From: Felis catus
Taxonomy: Eukaryota
Direction of reading: 5' to 3'
NCBI RefSeq assembly: GCF_018350175.1
Contig: NC_058376.1
Location: 137,950,001 to 138,014,000, forward strand
Length of the DNA stretch: 64,000 nt
In this document: positions 11,279 through 23,992 of the stretch, piece after piece
Position numbering within the stretch: position 1 is the stretch's first letter
Layout: each line of letters starts with the position of its first letter
The notes under the pieces: model-generated
Told to the model about the DNA's origin: nothing
Databases searched by the model: none
The model's input: only the letters and a program-made list of their open reading frames with translations
Program-made: the position numbers and the translations under genes

Positions 11279-12347
11279 CACTATTTTACCTGAGAAAGAA
11301 TGAGGGGAGGGGAGTACTTCGTGCGTTTGGAGACCCAACTCTGTTCTGGGCACCACCAAGCATCTCTCTTCAAAGCATATTAACAAAGGCAAAAAGGTAT
11401 GTATCCCTTGACTGAGAGCCCATCAGAATTAGCACCCTAAGTGTTCAAGAGCCTGCTAGCAAAACATCAGCACATATTTCAGGGCAAGGGGAAGTTAGTC
11501 TAGAAAGCAATGACCAGTGCATCAGAAATACAGTATGGGGAAGTTTATGTTTGAAAGCAAGAGCAGTAAAAAGAAAAAGAAAAAAAAAAAAGGCAGTCAG
11601 AAATCTCTGGCTACTTTGTATTTTAAATTGAAGCCAAAAAGGGTCTCCCACCTCTAGTGTTCCAGAGGAACAACAGCTGAGGTGGGGCCTATTGTTATTC
11701 AAATGAACGCTGTAACTCATTAGAGAAGAGCCTTCTTTTGGCCAATGTTTCCTCCCCTCCCCCCCTCCCCCACGCCTTAGCTTCGCCTTCCTTTCTCAGT
11801 GGCTCTTTTTGGCAGTGAATAGGCACATTACTGGGGCGAGATGTTTTCTGTCTTCCTTCGCCAGAAGCTCTGCGCTAATAAAGTGCCATTTGATCCTAAT
11901 AAGCCAACAATTAGTCTCATTCCAAGCAGCCATTGTGCACATCCTTGCATTCAGGCTATATATCCTTCTGCACCCAGGTCTGTCCTTTCAGCATCAGGTA
12001 GCCCAGTATGGCAAGCAAAGTTCTTTAGCGTCAGTCCACTGGTTTCCTGCTTTGAATGCCCACAGCCTATCTGACTGTGTGTTTTGGTTTTACCCAATAT
12101 GCTGAATGCAACAGGAACAAGCGTGGCTGTGATACAACATGTGCCAGTACACTTCACCCCTGCAAAGTCACAGTAGGGGCAGTTTTCCACATAGGGCCCA
12201 AGAGCAGAACCGGTGCTGGAAGGCTACATATGCAAACTACTAATGGTGTGATACTAGTTTGCAAATCCTTGTAAGGAAACTCATCACAAAACAGACACAG
12301 TGGGTAAGCAAAGCAGTGTGACTGTGTGCATGGGTGCTGTGCACAGG

Positions 12348-12350
<3 letters not shown>

Positions 12351-12385
<35 letters not shown>
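12351..12385. repeat. (CA)n microsatellite
   Basis: Direct reading. Confidence 0.95.
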
Positions 12386-12388
<3 letters not shown>

Positions 12389-13287
12389 CCCACACACAGT
12401 GCCACACATACATTATTTATTTTCTGAAGTACTAAGTACCTGGCATAGGTTAACCTTAAGCAATGGAAAGCAATTGTTTCCTTATAAAAACCTGTGCACT
12501 TACCATGCGGTTAATAAAGGAGGCTGCAAAAGCACAACTTTGAGAGCTGGACTCTTGGCTGCAAATACTGGGTGGCTTTTTCCCCTGATNNNNNNNNNNN
12601 NNNNNNNNNNNNNNNNNNNNNNNNNNNNNNNNNNNNNNNNNNNNNNNNNNNNNNNNNNNNNNNNNNNNNNNNNNNNNNNNNNNNNNNNNNNNNNNNNNNN
12701 NNNNNNNNNNNNNNNNNNNNNNNNNNNNNNNNNNNNNNNNNNNNNNNNNNNNNNNNNNNNNNNNNNNNNNNNNNNNNNNNNNNNNTGGTGGGGAAAAAAT
12801 AAAACATACCTTAGTAGCAGCTGTGGTAAAGCGTAAGTGGAGTCATTAAAGGCCGACCAAAGCAGTGCCTACTAGGGATGACAAGGCAGAGTGTTCACAA
12901 TGCAGGGAGCAAGAAAGTGCCAATTCACTGTGCCATCAGTTAAAAGAAAAAAAAAAGTGTGTGTGTGTGTGTGTGCACGCGCACACGTGCACGCGCGCAT
13001 TCATGTGGGCATGTGTAAAGGTGTTTTATGCGACAGCAAATAATCACCACTAAGGACAACCTTTCAACAGGAAATGTGGACTTCAGCTAATAATGCAAGA
13101 ACAGAGGCATGCCAGCTGTGAAACTGGAGAGTTAAATTAGCTACCGAGGACAAATGAATGTAGTGTTTTATCTTCAGAGATACTCAAGCGCATTTGCTGC
13201 TCTCATCACAAAAGGCTCCCAGTTTGATTACTAATTTTATGTCTTCTGTTCTTGAATTAACTTGAAGTGTCCTTTCCAACCCTTTAC

Positions 13288-13289
<2 letters not shown>

Positions 13290-13339
<50 letters not shown>

Positions 13340-13347
13340 TGTGTGTG
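13290..13347. repeat. (TG)n microsatellite
   Basis: Direct reading. Confidence 0.95.
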
Positions 13348-13873
13348 GTGTGTTATTTGGTCCTTAGCACAAAAGGGGAAATTTGTTACTCTTCTGGATG
13401 TTAATTCTTTTGTATTTTTGTGTTACTTTTATTTTCTTAGCCAGGAATGTGAGCTTTGTTACTCTACAGGCAAGAAGAAACTCAATTTGCTAATAAAGGG
13501 TAGTTTCTTTTATAGGGGGCATAGAGTTTCCACTCATTTTTTATTATTCACAAACTGAGACTCTGATGCAAGAAAATCTCCCTTAGGTCTTATCAGAGAT
13601 TAAATTTATTTCAGTGGGGGAAAAAAGTGATCTAGGAGGAAGGAATTAAAAAATAATGCTTTAAAAAAATAAGGTTAAGAGCATTTGCCCTCAAATTTTC
13701 AACACCACAAATCTGCCTTGACATAACAGCACTTAGTCTGAAGAGATCATTTGCTTGTAAACTTTCCAGATGTGCAGGTCTTGCTGTTTTCAGTACGACT
13801 CATACTGAACCTCACAAATCAGAGAAGAGGCAAATTTTTAAGTCAAGTGATAGAATATATTGAGTCCTAAGCT

Positions 13874-14086
13874 TTTAAATTTTTTAATGTTTATTTATTT
13901 TTGAGAGAGAGACAGACTGAGCACAAGTGGAGGAGGGACAGAGAGAGGGAGACACAGAATGCTAAGCAGGCTCCATGCTCCGAGCTGTCAGCACAGAGCC
14001 CAATGCAGGGCTGGAACTCATGAACCTTGAGATCATGACCTAAGCCGAAGTCGGATTCTTAACCCACAGAGCCACCAAGGTGCCCC
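13874..14086 (-). mobile_element. SINEC
   Basis: Full antisense copy ending gccaccaaggtgcccc. Confidence 0.9.
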
Positions 14087-16252
14087 TCGAGTCTTACGTT
14101 TTGAGTGAAAAGATCAAGGTTGACACTGTAGCATTATCATTTACTAGGAAAAAAATCTTGGAATTTAGGTTTTTCATCCATCAAAAGGGAGTAACAGGGC
14201 ATAACCTTCTTTCCTACTAAAGAGGTATTGAGATGTTAAAGGCTTCATGTGATTTTACAGATAAGAAAGTGCTCATAAATGTAAATCAATTATCTGTGTT
14301 GAATTTGGTCCATCTATATAGTTATCAACAAAGATGCATCTTCAGTTCTGGTCCTGTAGATCAGAATCTCCCAGGCAGGGGCAGGGACTCAAAATGGCCC
14401 TTCAACCTGGGAAAGGAGCCAGCCACCTGGCCCTGCTGGTTGGGGCACCTTCCTGGAAATTTGCCAAGACCTGCATGGGTGCCTGGACCTGCAGGAGTTG
14501 TCAGGGTCATCCTCTGAGGCATCCTGAACAGGATGCAGATGTCCACAGAGCTCAGTGACTCTTGCCTTTAAGGCTGTCACCATATGTGTAGTTCTGGGGC
14601 CTTGTAGTTCTGGGAGGGCAGCCTGGGTCACTCCCACTGCTCCGTGCACTGTTTCTTGCACAGGAGATCAGGCCACCAGTGGTGCTGATATCTGATTTGG
14701 GGCAACCATTTAACAAAGAACACGGGCTCTGTTTGGGGCTCTGAGCCTCCACTGTCCACCATGGACCTCATAGGATTCGTACTCGTAGGCCCTGTATAAT
14801 TCTGACTATCCAGGTCCGCAGCACCAAGGAGGACGAGAAGCAACCTTGGCTGTGTGCCCCCTTATCACCAACACCAGAAAGGCCACCTACTTCCCAGTGC
14901 AGTCTCAGTCATCTTCCTAGGTGGCCTTCCAGAGTGTTCCTCCTCAATGCCAACAGAGCCTGCTGGTCAATGTCCTCCTTTGTCTCTCACTGATGTCTCC
15001 CACCTCATGCTGTCTCTATCATCTTAGGCCATGCCTGATGAGGGTGGACACTTTTTGCCATAATGGAACTGTTCTTGTCACTCTCCCCACTGGCCGTTAC
15101 TCTCTGGTCTGGTGGCCTTGTGTAGCTGGCAAGGGTGTGGGTCCCCACTGACAGGGATCGCATTCTAGAAAGCCAACGATTACCTCCTGAATTGTTCAAA
15201 ACATATTCTAAGACCCTCGACACTTAGACTAGAAAATTTCAAACAGTAAATTTAAAGCCCCCAGAAGTCTTCAGACTTTGTGGCAGACCCAGGAAGATTT
15301 GCATTTCCTGTTCCTCATCAAAGGGAAAACACAGTGACAACCTTTAAGGGGGTCATTGGGAGCCAATCTTCCCCTGAAGCCCCACGGATAAGGCAGCTCA
15401 TTAGTAATAATGTAACAAGCCTTAAATTAATGGTCTTAGGAAAATCAGAATCAAGATGATCTGTTCCAATATAAACCAACTCTGGAGAAGTCTGGCACTG
15501 TAATAATAATGCTGTCCCTTTCTTCCTACGGTGGGAGATGTGAAATCAACAAGGAAAGGTGCATTGGACAGTAATGGACAAGAGAAGATGGTGTCTGAGC
15601 CCTAAAAAGAATTTTAATGTGCACTGACTGGGACATAAATACATACACCACTAGCTCTTCTCTACCCATTTTTAAAATTTTTCTTCAATAAATCACTATA
15701 CCTCATATAGGCCCATGGATATTATAATTTGTAATCAACTTGTTTTATAGACAGGAGCCCCACCAAACAGTATTTATTTGCTCAGGCTCTACACATGCTA
15801 GAGGCAATTCTGTTGCACATCCTGTTTTTTTTTTTCTTTATTTTACAGGAAAAACTATATAGTAGATTGAGAGGTATCTATATAGAGACAGCGTATATAT
15901 CTACAGTCCAATTAATTCTGTGTGAAATTCAGTCCATCTATATAGCTCAAGAGGCTTTTGTTTAATTTCTCTTGGACATAATCATTATTTTGCTTTTTAA
16001 TGTAAAACAAATGTTGCATTTTGCTTAATTCTCACTTCACTTGATGATGGTCATAATACATGTATAGCCAAGGCACATTTAACTTAAATTAATTCACGTG
16101 TCCTTTCAGAATGATTTATGTGGACGTCCCAAGCAAAATGTAATGGTGAAGGGAAATAACAATTTAAAAATCTTGCCCCCAAATGAAAATGTTTATTAGT
16201 CATTTCCAATTTGTCACTGAAGCAAAGTGATGATAATATATAATGTTCTCCT

Positions 16253-16414
16253 GGGGAGCCTGGGTGGCTCAGTTGACTAAGCGACTGACTTTCTGGATTT
16301 CGGCTCAGGTGGTGATCTCACAGCTCCTGAGATTGAGCCCCGTGTTGGGCTCTGCACCGAAAGTGCAAAGCCAGCTTGAGATTCTTTCTCTCTCCCTCTC
16401 TCTCACTGCCCTGC

Positions 16415-16459
<45 letters not shown>

Positions 16460-16487
16460 AATAAATAAGTAAACATTAAAAAAATAA
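16253..16487 (+). mobile_element. SINEC (older subfamily)
   Basis: ggggagcctgggtggctcag head, long (CT)n; TSD ataatgttctc. Confidence 0.88.
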
Positions 16488-18423
16488 TAATGTTCTCAAT
16501 GAGAAGAACTACGTTTTTTATGGTCAGAGACAGTAAAACTTGTGTTTGAAAACCGGGGCTCTGATTTCATGCTGCCCTTGTTCACATTAGAGCTCTGGCC
16601 CTGTGATTTGGCACTCAGACGCTTCAACTGCATAGAAAGACAACACAGCTCCTCCTCCACTAGGTGGATGTAAGGATCCCAATAAATAATGTAGGTCAGG
16701 AAATTATGCAGTAATTTAGAATATGTTTAATGAATGCAAGTTCCTATTATTTTATACAGATCATAAAATAATGCTTTGCCTCAACAACACTATTATTACA
16801 CATTAATAACAAATCTCAGGAAAAAATAACTTTCCATATGACCCTTATATCACTACATTATATTTATACAGTTGCAAGTACCACAGCACTTTTGCTTTGC
16901 TTTTTTTAGTAAGGCATGGCCTGATGATACTGATTTGAAACTAATGTTCCCTATCTAGTTTGTCCTGTCTATCTGAGCTGCAGATTCTCTTTCTTGCAAA
17001 AGTAAAGCAACGAAATGTTGACAAAAATTAGTCTTAAATTATGCTTGTCAATGGGTTTGAAGCGAAAAGCTGAACTATATTAAAATCATTCATTAGGGTG
17101 TATTGAGAAAAGGGAGGAATGGCCCAAAGGTGTTTTCTGGTGGTTTGTTTGTTTCAGAGACATACATGGAACAAGATATGGTGAGAAACATGTTAAATGT
17201 ATCCAGTTCAGCTTCCTGTTCCTGTCACATGCAACTAATCAACATTGCTGGCAAATAACCAAACAGCACTATTTCAGAAGGTACCTCCATTCATATAAGT
17301 TCTTTTTATTGCCATTATAATGCAGGTTTGGAAATGACAGTTTGGTGTTCCTTGGGAGCTCCCTAGGTTGTTCACAAACCTTAGAACAAAACCCAGTTTC
17401 CCCCTGTACGGAGGATGACTGTCACATATCGGCTTTTCTGGGTGACCTGCGAAATCAGCCTACTGTTAAAAACGGGCATTGACGGAAGTAATTCTTTTTT
17501 TCTTTTCAAAAAGTGCTGAAATCATAAAAATAATAGCCCTCTTTTGCCTTAGACAGAGAGATACAAAAGATGAAAAAGATACAGTACCTGAATTGGAAAG
17601 GATTTGTTTTAAAATAACAGAAATCTGGGAAACAATCATACTTTGAGACCTTGTAATGATACTGGCAAGAATTAGATTGGTGGAAATGCAGGCAGCTGGG
17701 AAAATTCTGGCTCCACAACTCCACAGAGAAAGCTTGAGTCCCTACCCAGAACTCAGGAAGGAAACCATCACTCCTCAGCCTCAGAAGACCCAACTCAGGC
17801 ACCATGCAGGTTTAGTGCTGAACATTCCAGGAAAACCTCGAGCCAACTGCAATCTGAATCCTGGAAGGTGGGGAAGAATATTTTATTTCAACTCAAGTCA
17901 CGCTGTAGTGTCCAGACGGTTTTCCTATTTCCAAGTGGAAGCCAAGCTTTGAACCTTTTAAAGAGTAGAGGTAAAAATTTCCTTCTCCTTGGAGTGACCG
18001 CCAAACCTACCCTATGTCCACCCTCAAACACGTAGACTTTGAAGAAAGATTACAATTCCACAAAATTGGACTTGGGAAGCATCTGTTCACTCATGAATAT
18101 TTTCTTAATCTGCCTCTTGCCTATGTTTTACGTCCCTTCTTTGAACCAATTTTAAGGATAAGTAAGTTAAAATTATAATATAACAAGATAGAGGAGAATT
18201 GATTTTTAGAACATACTTAAAATATTTTGATCCTTGACTCCAATAGTCAAATGAAAACGGTAAAGAGTAAATGAAACTACCTTTATAAATCAGAGGCAAA
18301 GAAAACATTTCCAAATGATCCCAAATTCAGGGCAAAGGACTTTTTAAGTGTTCCTAAGCTTCATATTCTTGTGGATGATGGCATTTTACATGTTTTTGCC
18401 CTTTCTGTTAACAGCCAAAACAT

Positions 18424-18645
18424 GGGGCGCCTGGGTGGCTCAGTCAGTTAAGCGTCCGACTTCTTGCTCAAGTCATGATCTCGCAGTCCGTGAGTTCGAG
18501 TCCTGCATTGGGCTCTGTGCTGACAGCTCAGAGCCTGGAGCCTGCTTCGGATTCTGTGTCTCCCTCTCTCTCTGCCCCTCCCTCTCTCATGCTCTGTCTT
18601 TCTCTCTCTCTCTCAAAAGTAAATATTGAAAAAAATTGAAAATAA
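18424..18645 (+). mobile_element. SINEC
   Basis: ggggcgcctgggtggctcagtcagttaagcg head; A-rich tail. Confidence 0.9.
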
Positions 18646-18959
18646 AACAATATGAGATGATCCAAATGAGGAACAACCAGGAAGGGACTACCTGCATGAG
18701 GATTCTTTAGGACACACTCAAATAAAAAGTTTCTAAGCCACAGTAAAGCCTTCAGGACTTTGAGGACAACGCTGAATCTTTTTATGAACCCAGTCTTCTT
18801 AAACAAGAATACTTAGCAATGTTTCTCTCTGACCTTCACTGGTGGCTCTAGAAACACTCACATATCCACTAAATTTTAACAAGAGAACAATGTTACCTGA
18901 CTAAATAAGAAGAGTCTTAAGTGATTAAGACACAAAAAAAATTATATAGTTTCTCTTCC

Positions 18960-19145
18960 TGTCCTGCCCAATACCATGGACATTAGTTACATGGGACTGC
19001 TTAAACTTAAATTAATTAAAACTAATATTTCAGTTCCTCGATCTCGCTGACATTTCCTGTGTTCAACAGTCACACATGGTGAGTGGCTACCACATTGGAT
19101 GAAAACAGAACACGTTCAGCATCACAGAGAGTTCTAGTGGACAAT
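18960..19145. mobile_element. MER3/MER33-like hAT-Charlie MITE
   Basis: ttcagttcctc...acatttc...gtggctaccacattgga...catcacagagagttctagtggaca. Confidence 0.65.
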
Positions 19146-19229
19146 GAGCACTTCACGGTAGTCAAAGCCATCTGAGGTTGTCATTCAAGCCCTCTCTCCT
19201 TTCAGGTTTCTTAAAGTTTCCATTTTATT

Positions 19230-19420
19230 TAAATGAGACTATTGATCGGGTACTTTCCACATTTCAGCTCCATTTAATTCTCAGAGCTGCCCTATGAGGC
19301 ACATGATACAATTCTCACTTTACAGATGAGGAAACTAGAGTTGAGGGAAGTTAAACACATTGCCCAAGGACTCAATGCCCGGGTCTGCCTAGCTCAGAGC
19401 TCCCACTCTATGCACAATGC
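19230..19420 (-). mobile_element. MIR
   Basis: tttacagatgaggaaactagag...ttgcccaagg core. Confidence 0.75.
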
Positions 19421-20507
19421 TTTCTGGCTTCTGGAGTTTGTGCTCACTGGTTCATGAGATTTCAGAGATACAGATGAGGAGGCAAACCCACCCAAATGCC
19501 CTTTATATGTGTCCTTTGGGTGAAAACGTGACAGAGCAAGAAAGTAGAAAAAAATCAACATGGTCTAAGAGTCACCTCTGTGCCAATAACTATGCTAAAT
19601 ATGTTGTCTCTATCTTCACAAAAAGCCCAGTACAATGTACACACATAACACAGAAAGTGATGGTCACTGAACCTAAGTAATAAATTGGCTTATTTATTAA
19701 GCAGATGAAATGTCATCTCTTGAGGTCAGATATGCTTGCCATCTGTGGCATTCCCTTTCTCTTGTGTGGGATGTTCCTGGCTAATTTGAGGTAGAGCTCC
19801 CCAGTGGCTACGAAATGACACAGCACTGATGAGCTTTATGGCTATCACCACCTTGTGGCTACAGTGGCCATTGCATATACTTCTTCTCCTTGGAGGAAAG
19901 CTAGGTAGGTAAGGAAAGAAAGTGCCTTTCCCCTTTGGTTGAGGTGCCTGAAAGTGATGGAAAGTGTCAAGAGAGAACCTGAAAAGTGAGTCCAGATGGT
20001 GCCAATATATAAGAAAACCTAAGGCGAATAGAATTTGAAGGCAGAATGGGGAGATAGAACTTTGGAGAGAAGGAAACAAGTACATCAGAATTTATAAATG
20101 GATGGTGATCCAATTGGATCTCAGAACCTGATGTCAAGGCTGGTGGGCTATTTATATGCTTCAGTGTACAGAGATGTGGCCCTGATTGGCCTGTTTAAAA
20201 GGTATGGTGTTGAGGGGCTAAGAAAAAGCACATGTCAATTAGGGAGCTGGTGCCTATCGATGACGGGTGTTTATATTTTGCAACAAAATAAAAAAATTAG
20301 GACAGTTTAGGGAATTTTACTTTTTTTCATAAAATTAAATAACCACAATTACAGAACTATCTCCCCCTCACCGAGGTTATGTCTTTTGGTTTTCAAATAT
20401 CTGTTTTAAATGAAATGACATCAATAGTACATGCTAGGTTGTTCATTTTAATGCCCTTACTCACTTGTCAAAATTCAATACTGGCAACCTTATATTAGCT
20501 CAAAAAT

Positions 20508-20536
20508 ATGTGTGTGTGCCTGTGTGTGTGTGTGAT

Positions 20537-20590
<54 letters not shown>
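20508..20590. repeat. (TG)n-(AG)n compound microsatellite
   Basis: Direct reading. Confidence 0.95.
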
Positions 20591-20592
<2 letters not shown>

Positions 20593-23500
20593 CATTATTA
20601 CTGGTTTGTGAAGGCCAAGTCTAGGAACCACTCTGCTATGGGACAATTAGTGAGAAAGCTAAGCCCAGGCTCCATATGCTCAGGTCCTCCACATGTTGCA
20701 ATTTATACTGGGTCCTGAACCTTTTAAAGAATTACCCTTTAATCAGTGTGTCATATTTTATGAGGGAAGCTGAGAGTTTGCAAGACAAAAGATGCTGTGA
20801 AAATCAGGTGGTGGGTCCAGTGTCTTCTCACCATCCAACCCAATTCCAATGGGTGAAATTATACCCACCTGCTTTGTTTTTTGGGGCTTCTAAGCCGTGC
20901 ATATCACAAACAACAGAATGGACACAGAAAAAAAAGAAACATACAAAAAAGTTATTGCCCAGTTGCCTTGGGCAATAAACAATACTGCCGGGCAGACCAT
21001 GGATTTCCCATGAAACAACACACGAAAAGAAAAATGTGTGCTGCTGGAGCAAGCATCACAGGTATTTACTGTTCCAGAGTGTAAGGAAATTTTCTATTCA
21101 AGTATCACCGTCCCGGTCATTTATGTGGAAAGAGGTATGCTGGTCACTGAAATGCTTTTGAATCATGCAGCAATACATGGGTAGATGCGGATTTATACCA
21201 CAAATATAATCTGATCTAAAGAGTTTATTTTAGATTTTGTTGTGCAGACAACAAGCAGAGCAGACCAAAATGTCAAGTATTTTCTTTGCAAATATACTCT
21301 AAAACAAGGAAGGGGTGTGCTAATAATTTACTTGCGATTTGCACAACAATTTGCATGACAAAATTGAGGAATGACCCGAAAGACTTTACTTTTCCCACTG
21401 ACTCCTTTGTTCCCCATTCACCTCTGACACTGCGGACAAAGGCTCATGGAGTAGATGCTTGCAAATTTCTAGAAGTCTGAAAGACATAGAAGGTGGCAAT
21501 GCATTTAGAAAAACTGAGGTTGAGGTGGCATAGACTGTTGTAATATGTCTTCATTCTGACACCATGGACTTTAAGAGCTATGCCATTGTCAGGTAGGGTC
21601 CAGCTGAACTGCTCACAAGTGACAACTCTGCTGTTAGAAGGGACATTAACTGGGGAAGGCTGTGGGTTCGACAGAGGAAACGTTAACCAGCAGTGGAGAA
21701 AAAAGGAGGATTTATTCCCAAATCTGCCACCAACTGGCTATGTCACCTTAAGCAAGTCATTTTGATTCATTTCTTAAAGGGTACTCTTGGAGAGAAAGGA
21801 TTTGAGGTAGCTCCTATGGACAACCTAGATAAAAGGAAAAGGTCAATTTCATGAGAAGAAATAGAGACGTGGCCTAACTTCTCCAAGCCTCCATTTATGG
21901 TTTTCTAAAAAACGCAGATGGGTTTATCCATGGTTGTGAAATTCCATTCTGTGGCTTAGGGCCCGGCTGTAGCATCAGAATGATCTGGGATCTCCCTTAT
22001 TATACACATTCTTTGGAACTACTCCTGAAATTCTGACCTAGTGAGTCTGAGGAGGAGCTGTGGAACCTGAATTACTATAATCCCCCCAGATGATCTGAAC
22101 ACATAAGCAAAAGAAGAAGCAGCTGTAGCAATAATAATGATAACAGTGATAGGTAACATACTATGGCACTCACTATCCACCAGAGACCCTACTAAAATAA
22201 CATGTGTTGGTATCTCTTCAAATACGGCCTTTCCAACTCCACGATTTTATGAACTCCATGCACCTTCCCATTCATATTTTGCCTGGTAAGATTTTATTAA
22301 GGGTGGGACTGTATTTTTTTTTTAAGAAAATCTCCCACTCAGCCCATACATCATAATTAACAAACACTTAGTAAGTGTTGGTTAAAGTAGCAGAGTATCA
22401 GCCTAAAGTTTCTCTTTCTTGTGATCCGTTCCAAGTCAATTCTGGGGAGAATGAGTCTCTTATACTGTGGAGTTGCACGTTCTCTTTTCCTACAGACTTG
22501 CTAAATGTTGTGGTCTGTCCAAGCTATTTGACATAGGCAGGAGAACCAAAAAAGGTGCAGAGTTCTTCATCAGGCCTCTCTGGTCAGGACTGTCTTAAAC
22601 GAGGGATGGAGGCTGGAGGCCCTACCAAGGCTCATCCAGCTGGTCGTTTCTCCCCACACCACATCCTATGACAATCTGCTTCTGATTTCCACCTATTTTT
22701 CTCCAGGACTATTCTTCTCTTACCACGTAAGAAGGCTCATTCTTGAGAGAGAATAAAAACTCAGAACAATACGTGTTCTATAGTCCATGTTCCACTGTTC
22801 ACTTTGAAAATAAAAAGATTAAACCCATGAAAAACGACCACTTGCCCAGATGTTGGGAATCACTGCCAATGACTTAATCAAGCACACACTTCTGTTTCCC
22901 CNNNNNNNNNNNNNNNNNNNNNNNNNNNNNNNNNNNNNNNNNNNNNNNNNNNNNNNNNNNNNNNNNNNNNNNNNNNNNNNNNNNNNNNNNNNNNNNNNNN
23001 NNNNNNNNNNNNNNNNNNNNNNNNNNNNNNNNNNNNNNNNNNNNNNNATTTTCTCAAAGGAAAGGTGGCCTCCTCCCATGTGGGCTACTATTATAAGCTC
23101 TATAGGCAATTGGTTTTCAGTATTTCTCAGAGAGGAGAATCTAAGATACAATACGTTATATAAACTCATCTAGCCTCTTTCAGGAGCTAGATGTCATGGA
23201 TTAAACAGAAAGATGTAAACAGAACTCATTGTACTGGAACCCACATTGTACCCTAGAATTGCTTTGACGCAATGTACTCTGACATCATTTCATTGGTCTC
23301 TGCCAAGTAAGGTTGAGGAAACCCATCACAATATTTGCTGCAAGGATGTGATTAAATATTTATCATATTGATGGTGCCTTCTCTGGGAGGATTCTTGGGG
23401 AAAGTGTCCCTCTGTGTATTTTTTTCTCAACGCTGTTTATGAGCTGGTAGGCAATCAAGATCTTCCTAATAAAGCAGAATATTCTCTATGTGAAATGAAA

Positions 23501-23809
23501 AAATCATTCTGTGAAGTAGGTTTCACCATCATCGTTACCAGTTGACCAATGAGGAAAGTGAAGATTATAAAATTTAAGAAGTGTTCTCATAATTATTCAG
23601 CTAGTAAACAGTGGAACCAGCATTCAAAGTCAAGATTTTCCAAATTCACAACCTTTATTTTCAAAAGTGTCATTGCCCTTTTGAAATACCATCCATATCT
23701 CAGTATTGCTAACACAGGGTACACTTAAGCAAGTCACTTCATCTTTATAAACCTCACTTTGCTCACAACTAAACAAGCTCAAAAGTATCAGGTTTGGATG
23801 TTATGGTAA

Positions 23810-23992
23810 CTTTTTTTGTTTGTTTTTTTTAGAAGGCGAGCAAGCAGGGGAGGGGCAGAGAAAGACACTGAAGCAGGCTCCAGGCTCTGAGCTGTCAGCA
23901 CAGGGCTTGATGTGGGGCTCGAACTTATGAACTGCAAGATCATGACCTGAGCTGAAGTCAGATGTTTAACCAACTGAGCCACCCAGGAGCCC
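23810..23992 (-). mobile_element. SINEC
   Basis: Antisense copy; imperfect TSD tgttatg. Confidence 0.88.

Noticed and set aside
14410-14475. Resemblance to the ERVL integrase motif (PATW...PSWK), and nearby to Rho GTPase or chromodomain motifs (VKWLPQIR)
   Set aside because: Similarity is limited to a few residues in different frames and does not extend; not enough to name the segment.
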